This document shows positions 15,099 to 23,418 of a DNA stretch of 35,501 bases, piece after piece (position 1 is the stretch's first letter; the number at the start of each line of letters is the position of its first letter). The stretch is from positions 1 through 35,501 of the forward strand of contig JAEUQP010000341.1 of assembly GCA_016789645.1 (NCBI GenBank), written 5' to 3'. A model generated the notes under the pieces. That model was not told the DNA's origin and searched no databases. It saw only the letters and a program-made list of their open reading frames with translations. The DNA is from Acidobacteriota bacterium. Lineage in GTDB: Bacteria; Acidobacteriota; Blastocatellia; RBC074. The position numbers and the translations under genes are program-made.

Positions 15099-16031
15099 AT
15101 GCCCAAAGTTTTTATTAGCTATAACCGAGCCGATTTGAAGCACGCGCTGGCGTTGGAGCAGGCAATGCAGTCGCATGCCGTAAGCGTGTGGCGCGACCAG
15201 CATAGCCTGTATGGCGGGCAGCAGTGGCCGAAAACCATCGGCGAAGCGCTGGCTGATTGTGACGCGGTGTTGCTGCTTTGGTCGGCGAATGCCACCGCCG
15301 GACATTACGTTGAATTCGAGTGGAACACGGCGCTGGCTTTGAAGAAAAAGATCATTCCTTTGCTGCTCGACGACGCGACGCTGCCACCTGCGCTTACAGC
15401 CATCAATGCGATTCCTCACCGTGATCCGGATGAAACTGTAGCTCAAATTTTGATGGCTCTGCCGATTCAGCCGCAGATGCAAGAGACGGAACGGCGCGAA
15501 CGTGTCATCAAACAGCTTCAGTGCATTACAGCTTCTGAACCTGCCGAAGCATTGGCGCAGGCCAAGGCGCTTTTCTCACAAAGCAATATCAATGTCGGTG
15601 GTCATTTGATTCAGGGCGGCGACGTAAACGTAACGCTCGGCGAAAGTCGTCAGTTATTTCCAACGGTTGTCGCTGCATTAGTCGTCATCGTCATCGTCGT
15701 AGTGGCATCGTTTTACTTCACCTCAAGCAGCCGCCGCGCGCTGTCCCAAGCTGCGGCTTCGCCGACTGTCGAAGAGATGACTTACCTGCGCGGTCAGGTG
15801 GAAAATGCCGAAGGAAAGCCCCTAGACGGGGCAACCGTGAGGGTGGATGACATCGGCAAGCAGCCGTTGGAGACTACGACGACGAGCAGCGGTGGCTTCA
15901 TTATTGAAAATATTCCCGCCCGCATCGGCGATCGCGTTCGCGTCTACATCAGCAAGGAAGGGCATGAGACTCAAAATCAGTACGTTGCGCTGCCCGGCCC
16001 GCTGCCGACAGTCAGGTTGAAAAGAAAGTGA
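15099..16031 (+). CDS. TIR-domain protein: N-terminal TIR_2-type domain, single TM helix, C-terminal carboxypeptidase-regulatory-like beta-sandwich
   Basis: Starts 18 nt after the TPR gene. TIR motifs are KVFISYNRAD, VWRD...L.GG..W...I.EAL..CDAVLLLWS and S.NA...HYVEFEW..ALALKKKIIPLLLDD. The TM helix is LFPTVVAALVVIVIVVVASFYF (aa 186-207, about nt 15654-15719). The C-terminal YLRGQVENAEGKPLDGATVRVDD...GGFIIENIP.RIGDRVRVYISKEGH is beta-sandwich-like. The gene ends in a double stop, TGATGA. Confidence 0.85.
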   Translation: MPKVFISYNRADLKHALALEQAMQSHAVSVWRDQHSLYGGQQWPKTIGEALADCDAVLLLWSANATAGHYVEFEWNTALALKKKIIPLLLDDATLPPALTAINAIPHRDPDETVAQILMALPIQPQMQETERRERVIKQLQCITASEPAEALAQAKALFSQSNINVGGHLIQGGDVNVTLGESRQLFPTVVAALVVIVIVVVASFYFTSSSRRALSQAAASPTVEEMTYLRGQVENAEGKPLDGATVRVDDIGKQPLETTTTSSGGFIIENIPARIGDRVRVYISKEGHETQNQYVALPGPLPTVRLKRK

Positions 16032-16038
16032 TGAAAGC

Positions 16039-16414
16039 CGTTTGGCCCGTCAACCGCTGACGCCTGCGCGATTGCTCGACACCGGAGCGGTGCGTCCGGC
16101 ACCTGCTTCCTGCCGAATGCGCTGCTGACCGGCGACGTGGAATACAAGCCGCGCAAGGCGTCTGCACCATCGCCAATACGGCGCAAGCGATTGTCGGCAA
16201 TGCGACGACGGTCTGCCAGCAGCGGAACGGCTTCTTGACCTTCTGGCCGAGCAATGCTGTGACGAGGCCGCTGGCAGCGACCTCAAACTTCCAAGCAGGC
16301 AGAAACTTTAATCGCTATTACACGGCAGGATTGGGAACAGGCGGCGCTTTCAAGATGTACGCTTCACAAACCATCAATCTAGTTGTAGACGTTTCCGGGT
16401 ATTTCGCGCCGTGA
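16039..16414 (+). pseudogene. frameshifted remnant of a gene encoding an RLLDT...DVSGYFAP-type beta-rich domain
   Basis: Frame 1 reads ...QPLTPARLLDTGAVRPAPAS and stops at 16126. Frame 2 reads ...QGVCTIANTAQAIVGNATTVCQQRNGFLTFWPSNAVTRPLAATSNFQAGRNFNRYYTAGLGTGGAFKMYASQTINLVVDVSGYFAP* (stop 16412-16414) but has no start codon near its 5' end. The pieces together resemble a single about 110-aa domain. Confidence 0.5.
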
Positions 16415-16477
16415 GTAGGCTGATTTCTGACGTTAGCCGCAACCACACGGTGCTGGAGGCTCTGAAAGGGAAGCGGC

Positions 16478-17302
16478 TTATTGCTTTACAGATTCGGTAG
16501 GGACAGCATTTGGAGAAAGGGTTTCTTTGTAGATAAGTACAGGCATTCCGACAGGCGTCGTTTTATAAAACTCTTTCGCCGCAAACATGGGGATTCGCAC
16601 GCAGCCGTGGCTGGCAGGTTTGGTTGGAACAGATTTTGAGCCGTGAATTGCCGTGCCGTACATAAAATAAACCGGGTAATACATCTCGCCGAGCGCGCTT
16701 TTTTTCCAGCCAGGGATTTTCTGGCGAACCTGATATCTGCCCGGATGGGTGATGGCGTCGCGCGCCCAGCCTTCAGAAACGAATTCTTTACCGTTGCCGG
16801 TCGAAACGGGCAATACGCGGGTGACGGTTCCCGTGTCATCCACCACAAACAGCACTTGGCGAACCAGGTCAACTTCGATATGAGCCGCGCCGGTTTCAGT
16901 TGGCGTGGGACGATCAGCGGTCATCAGCGTGTCGAAGGTTGCGCGCGTCAGTTGCCCCGACGGTTTCAACCGCTCGACTTTTTGAAAGGCAATCAGCGCA
17001 TTTCTGGAAGCCTCATCCCAACTGCCGTCAATTTTTCCAGTCCAATAGCCCAAATCCCTCAAACGCTGCTCAGCTTGACGATGGTCTTTAGCGGTTAGCG
17101 GCTTCGCTTTTTGCGGCTGCTTGGGGGAGGTGGTTGAACGTGATTTTTCAGGAGCAATTCTGGGGCGAGTGGACTGAGCGTCAACCTGTGTGACGAAACT
17201 GGCAAACAGGCAAACGATCAGTGTCGGGATCAGAAAACCGCGGGGGCGAAGTCGGCGTGAAAAAGCATTCGTCAAAATCGCTTGGTACAACATAGTTTCC
17301 AA
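16478..17302 (-). CDS. L,D-transpeptidase (YkuD) with a peptidoglycan-binding domain
   Basis: N-terminal hydrophobic signal or anchor. PG_binding_1-like LRDLGYWTGKIDGSWDEASRNALIAFQK. YkuD catalytic region AIHGS...PASHGCVRIP. Confidence 0.85.
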   Translation of the reverse strand: METMLYQAILTNAFSRRLRPRGFLIPTLIVCLFASFVTQVDAQSTRPRIAPEKSRSTTSPKQPQKAKPLTAKDHRQAEQRLRDLGYWTGKIDGSWDEASRNALIAFQKVERLKPSGQLTRATFDTLMTADRPTPTETGAAHIEVDLVRQVLFVVDDTGTVTRVLPVSTGNGKEFVSEGWARDAITHPGRYQVRQKIPGWKKSALGEMYYPVYFMYGTAIHGSKSVPTKPASHGCVRIPMFAAKEFYKTTPVGMPVLIYKETLSPNAVPTESVKQ

Positions 17303-17337
17303 CTTAACACGAAAAGATTGTAAACAGGCTCCTGAAT

Positions 17338-18324
<987 letters not shown>

Positions 18325-18331
18325 ACCTTCA

Positions 18332-18467
18332 CAATTGCGGAGTGGGGATTGCGGGTCGCGGATTCGCTTTGGCGATGCTTCCGGTTTGATTGGATTGTAT
18401 TTTGCCGAGTGTCGGAAAGAAGAGCCTTGGTTCAATCCGCAATCGCCAATCCTCAACCCGCGCAATC
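18332..18467. repeat. imperfect inverted pair of GATTGCGG-type repeat arms (REP-like element) between rbfA and nrnA
   Basis: The left arm CAATTGCGGAGTGGGGATTGCGGGTCGCGGATTCG (18332-18366) faces the right arm CAATCCGCAATCGCCAATCCTCAACCCGCGCAATC (18433-18467), which is roughly its reverse complement. Confidence 0.5.
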
Positions 18468-18819
18468 ATTCTTCCGGCAACTCCTTTTTGATTTCTTCCA
18501 TCAACTGCAACATATGATCGCCGTGCGCGATCGTTTCGTCGTAAACAAAAGTCACCTCCGGCGTGTGGCGTAATCGAAACCGTTGGCCGATCAACTGACG
18601 GAAAAACGTTCTTTCGCTGTTGAGTATCTCGAGCGTGTCTTTTTGTTCTTGCGGGGAGCCGAAAACGCTGACGAAAACGCGTGCATGGCGCAAATCGGGG
18701 CTGACCTTGACTTCAGTGATGGTGACAAAGCCCAGGCGATGATGAGGCATCTCGCGCGAAATAATCGCGCTGATTTCATTCTTGAGTTCGTGCGCTAATC
18801 TGTTCGGACGATACTGCAT
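18466..18819 (-). CDS. rbfA: ribosome-binding factor A
   Basis: 117 aa. Contains RLGFVTITEVKVSPDLRHARVFVSV and RLRHTPEVTFVYDETI. Sits in the conserved position downstream of infB. Confidence 0.9.
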   Translation of the reverse strand: MQYRPNRLAHELKNEISAIISREMPHHRLGFVTITEVKVSPDLRHARVFVSVFGSPQEQKDTLEILNSERTFFRQLIGQRFRLRHTPEVTFVYDETIAHGDHMLQLMEEIKKELPEE

Positions 18820-18837
18820 AAATCAGTTTCCAGTCCT

Positions 18838-18899
18838 CAGTTTCCGGTTTCCAGTGTCATAGCAGAAGCGTTGCCTTGAAGGCTGGAAACCGGAAGCTG
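18838..18899 (-). repeat. 17-bp inverted repeat (GGAAACCGGAAAC type) forming a hairpin in the infB-rbfA spacer
   Basis: CAGTTTCCGGTTTCCAG (18838-18854) pairs with CTGGAAACCGGAAGCTG (18883-18899) at 16 of 17 positions around a 28-nt loop. A further GTTTCCAG copy lies at 18827-18834. Confidence 0.6.
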
Positions 18900-18903
18900 A
18901 AAA

Positions 18904-21843
18904 CTACAACTGCGTCGGGGCGACTTTTTCAACGATATACGCTTCGATAATGTCGCCGATTTTGTAATCGCTGAAGCGATCCACCGTGATGCCGCACTCG
19001 TAGCCTTGTTGGACTTCGCTGGCGTCGTCTTTGAAGCGACGCAAGCTGCCAATCGAAGATTCGAAGATGACGACGTTGTTGCGGATCAAACGAGCTTGCG
19101 CCGTGCGTTTGATCGAACCATTAATGACCATACAACCGGCAATGGCTCCAACTTTCGGCACTCGAATGATGTCGCGAACTTCCGCTTTGCCCAGAACGAC
19201 GTCTTTCAACGTGGCGTCCATCAAGCCGAGCATCGCGTTGCGAATTTCTTCTTCAACCTTGTAGATAATCGAGTGGAGTCGAATATCCACATCTTCCTGT
19301 TTGGCGATTTCTTCAGCGCGGGATTCAGGGCGTACGTTGAAACCGATGATGACGGTTGCCGCCCCGGTATCTGTCGCCTGAGACGCGCTGGCCAGCAGCA
19401 CGTCGTCGTAAGTAATCGCACCGACAGCGGAACGGATGATACGAACCTTCACTTTATTGGTGGAAAGTTTGGTCAACGTATCCTTCAGCACTTCGACTGA
19501 ACCTTGCACGTCAGCCTTGAGGATAACCAGCAGTTCTTTGACTTCGCCGGATTCCATCTGCGCGGCAAGTTGATCCAGTCCACGTGCTGCCGAGCGAGCC
19601 AATGCCGTCGTGCGAGCTTTTGCTTGACGGAATTGAGCGATCTGTTGCGCTTTGACAACGTCGTCCACAACCTGGAATTGGTCACCAGCAGAAGGGACGC
19701 CTTCCAAGCCGAGGACTTCCACAGGAGTGGCTGGCCCGGTTTCTTGCACTCGTTCGCCCAAATCGTTGACCAGGGCGCGAACTCTGCCGGAAAAGTTGCC
19801 GACGATGAAAGGATCGCCAATGCGCAATGTGCCGTTCTGCACCAGGACAGTCGCAACGGCGCCGCGACCGCGATCCAACTTGGCTTCCAGCACGGTTCCG
19901 GTCGCTTTGCGTTTTGGATTCGATTTAAGTTCCAGGATGTCTGCTGTCAGCAGAATCATTTCCAGCAACCCATCAATGTTTTGGCGTTTCTTGGCGGAAA
20001 CCTCGACCATTTCCACATCGCCGCCCCAATTGCTCCACAGAACATTTCGGTCGGCCAATTCCTTTTTCACGCGTTCCGGATTGGCGTCCGGCTTATCCAC
20101 TTTGTTGATGGCGACGATGATCGGGACATTGGCAGCTCTGGAATGTTCAATGGCTTCGATGGTTTGTGGCATTACACCATCGTCCGCCGCCACTACCAGC
20201 ACAACAATATCCGTGACTCTGGCTCCGCGAGCGCGCATCAACGTGAACGCTTCGTGACCTGGAGTATCCAGGAAAACGACCCGTCGGGTCACGTTTACGG
20301 CTTCGGAACTGGGAACTTCGACGGAATACGCGCCGATGTGTTGGGTAATGCCTCCAGCTTCGCCTTCTGCAACTCGCGCTGAACGAATTGCGTCGAGCAG
20401 GCTGGTTTTCCCGTGGTCAACGTGTCCCATCACCGTAATGACCGGAGCGCGCGGATCGGTGTCGTCCATGGCTTCGGGAGTGATCTCGAATTCCGATTCG
20501 ATAATCATGTCCTCGAAGTCGCCAAACGTGACTTCAAACCCGTATTCGTGCCCGAGCTCAATCGCCAGATCGTGACTCATGATCTGGTTGATTGTGGCCA
20601 TCACTCCGCGTTGCATGAGCGCGGCCACCACATCGCGTGCTTTGACATCGAGTTTTTCGGCAAACTCACGAACAGTGCTTCCTTCCACCAAACGCACCGG
20701 CTTCAAATCCGCCGGGATCATTTTTTGAGCCGTAACGGGCAGCGCCTGTTTTCGTAATCCCAGTTTCTGAGTATTACCATCCTGGAACTTGTCGCGTTCT
20801 TTGTCTTTTCCGCGATGCTGGTTGCGACCTTTCGGCTTCTGATCTTTCGGCGGAATGTAAACCGTGCGCTGTTGCGCGCCAGACGGCAACAAATGCGGGT
20901 CTTTAGGCTTCAGGTCACGTGTTTGATCCTTTTTCAGCAGCAGGGAAGGATCAAGTTTGCCCGTCGTGCCAGACTTGGTGGTCAATGCTGGCTTCTCAGA
21001 CTGGAACCTGGCCGAAGTTGTCGGCGAAGGCTTCGGCAGCGGCTTGGTGGGCATCGCCAATTTAATGACCTTGGTCCCCGTATCGCTTGGTATGCCGGCA
21101 GGTTTGGGCTGTGATTTATGAATCGTCGGTTGCGAAACCGGTTGTGCCGGTAGTTCCACCACAGAAGGTTCAGTGACTTGAGCCGGTTCTTGAGCCGCGA
21201 TTTCAGGCGCTTCAACTATCGGAGCTTCCTGTTCAACAACTGGTTCGATCAGCTCAGGTTCGGCTTCGCCTATTTCTTCAATTGAAGGTTCGACAGGCAA
21301 TTCCGTCGCGGGAACAGGTTTCACCGGTTGCGGCAACTTGACCAACCGAGACTTGGGAGATTCCACTTCTGCAGGCAAAGGCTGTGCAGGTGCGGTTGGT
21401 TGTTGCGCAGGTGCCTTGGCCTCAATTTCAGGGGCGGCCTTGGCAGGAGCTTTCGCCTGAGGCTCAGCCTTGACCGGAGGCGTCAGCGGTTTAAGGACGG
21501 TTGCTGTCGCCGACCGTTGAGCCGTAGGTTGTTCTGTGTGTGGTTTTTCGATTTTCGCTTCGACTTTTTCCGGAGTGGTTGAAGCGAGGTGTTCAGGCGA
21601 TTCGGGTTTGGTCACTGGCGCAGGAGCGGCCGCTGTTGGATGTTTTATCAATCTTGCAGTTGGCTTGGCAGCCACAACCTCTTTCTTTGGGTAATACATT
21701 TCGCGGATTTTGGCCGCAATAGGGTCTTCCAGTGTGTTCGAAGGCACACTGACATCAACGCCCAGACGACGGGCGTCTTCGAGCACTTTCTTGCTCTCCA
21801 ACTTTAATTCTTTGGCTAAATCGTAAATTCTGACCTTGCTCAT
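18904..21843 (-). CDS. infB: translation initiation factor IF-2
   Basis: 979 aa. The N-terminus [22 protein letters not shown] is followed by a long P/A/E/K-rich linker. G domain motifs [25 protein letters not shown] and NKVDK. The C-terminal domains are conserved. Confidence 0.97.
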   Translation of the reverse strand: MSKVRIYDLAKELKLESKKVLEDARRLGVDVSVPSNTLEDPIAAKIREMYYPKKEVVAAKPTARLIKHPTAAAPAPVTKPESPEHLASTTPEKVEAKIEKPHTEQPTAQRSATATVLKPLTPPVKAEPQAKAPAKAAPEIEAKAPAQQPTAPAQPLPAEVESPKSRLVKLPQPVKPVPATELPVEPSIEEIGEAEPELIEPVVEQEAPIVEAPEIAAQEPAQVTEPSVVELPAQPVSQPTIHKSQPKPAGIPSDTGTKVIKLAMPTKPLPKPSPTTSARFQSEKPALTTKSGTTGKLDPSLLLKKDQTRDLKPKDPHLLPSGAQQRTVYIPPKDQKPKGRNQHRGKDKERDKFQDGNTQKLGLRKQALPVTAQKMIPADLKPVRLVEGSTVREFAEKLDVKARDVVAALMQRGVMATINQIMSHDLAIELGHEYGFEVTFGDFEDMIIESEFEITPEAMDDTDPRAPVITVMGHVDHGKTSLLDAIRSARVAEGEAGGITQHIGAYSVEVPSSEAVNVTRRVVFLDTPGHEAFTLMRARGARVTDIVVLVVAADDGVMPQTIEAIEHSRAANVPIIVAINKVDKPDANPERVKKELADRNVLWSNWGGDVEMVEVSAKKRQNIDGLLEMILLTADILELKSNPKRKATGTVLEAKLDRGRGAVATVLVQNGTLRIGDPFIVGNFSGRVRALVNDLGERVQETGPATPVEVLGLEGVPSAGDQFQVVDDVVKAQQIAQFRQAKARTTALARSAARGLDQLAAQMESGEVKELLVILKADVQGSVEVLKDTLTKLSTNKVKVRIIRSAVGAITYDDVLLASASQATDTGAATVIIGFNVRPESRAEEIAKQEDVDIRLHSIIYKVEEEIRNAMLGLMDATLKDVVLGKAEVRDIIRVPKVGAIAGCMVINGSIKRTAQARLIRNNVVIFESSIGSLRRFKDDASEVQQGYECGITVDRFSDYKIGDIIEAYIVEKVAPTQL

Positions 21844-21906
21844 TTATTCCTTTCGACTCATCGGAATGGGTAGCGCTGTGTTCAAGTTGTGTAGGCGTTG
21901 ACCAAG

Positions 21907-23406
21907 TCATTGCTTGTCACCCTGGTCTTTATCCTCCGCGCCTTGAGCAGAGTTTTCAGTCTCATCCGTGGTTTCTTCGCCTTCTTCGGACTCCTCGGCT
22001 TCTTCACTTTCTTCTTCCGAAACTTCGCTGCTTTCTTCTTCAGGTTCTTCCGCTTCCTCTTCAGATTCTTCAGTTTCGGACTCTTCGGCAGGTTCTGCGC
22101 CTTCACCAGATTGCTGGTTGGCGTGAGCGCGACGGGCTTCGGTCAGGGCGCGTGCCATGTCCAGAAGCTCTTCAGCATCGTCAACGCTGACATCCAGCCA
22201 TTCACAAATGTCATCAACAGAAGCTTCCGCCAACTGTTCGACTGTTTCAATGCCGTGTTCAGCCAAAGCATCGGAATCGCTGACGGAAATGCCTTCGATG
22301 GATGACAGTTTCACGACCGGCGCAGAAATCATCAATTCCATCTGCGACGCGATTTCGCGTTTCATTTCTTCTTCGCTGCGAATATCGATGTCCCAACCGA
22401 CCAGTTTGGCAGCCAAGCGTACGTTTTGTCCTCGTTTGCCGATGGCCAAACTTTGCTGTTCGTTTTCGACGATCACCTGCAGCTTTTTGTCTTCAAAATC
22501 CAGCACTGTGACTTTGCTGACTTTGGCAGGAGAGAGAGCGTTGGCGGCAAAAATCGCCGGGTCTTCTGACCATTCAATGATGTCAATTTTTTCGCCGCGC
22601 AGTTCGCGGATGATAGATTGCACGCGCGAACCCTTCATCCCCACGCAAGCGCCGACCGGGTCCACATCGCGTTCGTTGGACAAGACTGCGATTTTGGCGC
22701 GCTCGCCAGGTTCTCTCACTGCCGCCTTGATCTGCACCGTGCCGTCGTAAATCTCCGGCACTTCCATTTCAAAAAGTCGCTTGAGCAGTTCCGGGCTGGT
22801 GCGTGAGACTTCAATTTGCGGGCCTTTGGCTTCGCGATTGACGTCATGCAATACGACGCGAATGCGTTCGCCCTGCGTGAAGTTTTCGACTTTGGATTGT
22901 TGCGATTTGGGCATGACGGCTTCCAGGCCGTTGCCAATGTCAACAATCACTTTGCCGCCTTCAAACCGTTTGACGAATCCGTTGACCAGTTCGCCCAGAC
23001 GGCCAATGTATTCTTCGTAAACCTTGTTGCGCTCAGCTTCGCGGACTTTTTGCAGAATGATTTGCTTGGCGGTTTGCGCCGCGATGCGACCCAGTTCTTC
23101 GACCGGTCGCGGCAATTCCAGCATGTCGCCGACTTCCGCACCTTCTCCAACTTCGGCGTTGGCTTCGTCCACGGTCATTTCGCGGGAAGGGTCAGTGATT
23201 TCTTCCACTACGATTTTGATCGCGTACAACTCAACCCCGCCCGTTTCCGGATTGTAGCGAGCGTGCAAGTCTTCGCCGGATTTGAAATGCTTCCGCGACG
23301 CCGTCACTACAGCGTCTTCAATCGCGCTGATAATGACTTGCGGGTCAATCTTTTTCTCTTTACTGAGAACATCAATATTTTGAGCTATCGAGCTGAGAGT
23401 ATTCAT
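21907..23406 (-). CDS. nusA: transcription termination/antitermination factor NusA with a polyacidic C-terminal tail
   Basis: 499 aa. Contains S1 and KH regions (GERAKIAVLSNERDVDPVGACVGMKGSRVQSIIRELRGEKIDII, AIGKRGQNVRLAAKLVGWDIDI) and one HhH-like module. The tail is about 60 aa of E/S/D-rich sequence. Confidence 0.97.
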   Translation of the reverse strand: MNTLSSIAQNIDVLSKEKKIDPQVIISAIEDAVVTASRKHFKSGEDLHARYNPETGGVELYAIKIVVEEITDPSREMTVDEANAEVGEGAEVGDMLELPRPVEELGRIAAQTAKQIILQKVREAERNKVYEEYIGRLGELVNGFVKRFEGGKVIVDIGNGLEAVMPKSQQSKVENFTQGERIRVVLHDVNREAKGPQIEVSRTSPELLKRLFEMEVPEIYDGTVQIKAAVREPGERAKIAVLSNERDVDPVGACVGMKGSRVQSIIRELRGEKIDIIEWSEDPAIFAANALSPAKVSKVTVLDFEDKKLQVIVENEQQSLAIGKRGQNVRLAAKLVGWDIDIRSEEEMKREIASQMELMISAPVVKLSSIEGISVSDSDALAEHGIETVEQLAEASVDDICEWLDVSVDDAEELLDMARALTEARRAHANQQSGEGAEPAEESETEESEEEAEEPEEESSEVSEEESEEAEESEEGEETTDETENSAQGAEDKDQGDKQ

Positions 23407-23418
23407 CGTCCTCTGCTT

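Noticed and set aside
14802-15482. 226-aa minus-strand ORF spanning the TPR/TIR junction
   Set aside because: It is antisense to two genes with strong domain signatures and has no motif of its own.
12162-16031. Canonical Thoeris, TIR-STAND (Avs-like) or CBASS-type TIR system
   Set aside because: There is no ThsA-like SIR2, SLOG or Macro gene, no NB-ARC, NACHT or P-loop motif in the TPR protein, and no cyclase, STING or SAVED. The TPR protein carries a signal peptide, so it is not a cytosolic STAND sensor.
15977-16286. Three overlapping 69-80-aa minus-strand ORFs after the TIR gene
   Set aside because: Their products are Arg/Ala/Ser-rich, as is typical of GC-rich non-coding or antisense sequence. 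The plus strand carries recognisable, though frameshifted, domain remnants.
7359-16414. Prophage, integrative element or transposon
   Set aside because: No integrase, transposase, terminal inverted or direct repeats, tRNA target or phage structural genes were recognised. Only compositional patchiness and a gene remnant hint at past acquisition.
18325-18465. 47-aa N-terminal extension of NrnA from TTG 18465
   Set aside because: The extension translates the GATTGCGG repeat element (IGDCGLNQ...IRDPQSPLRN). Conserved NrnA sequence starts at MLGQVIDLIEKH (ATG 18324).
19504-20382. 292-aa and 201-aa plus-strand ORFs
   Set aside because: They are antisense to the highly conserved G domain and domain II region of infB, so they are shadow ORFs.
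20850-21700. Pro/Ala/Glu/Lys-rich low-complexity region in IF-2
   Set aside because: Variable, low-complexity N-terminal linkers are normal for IF-2 in many phyla, so this is not evidence of anything unusual.
21882-22305. Lys-rich (74-aa, minus strand) and Phe-rich (135-aa, plus strand) ORFs
   Set aside because: They are frame and strand shadows of the GAA/GAG-rich DNA that encodes the NusA acidic tail.
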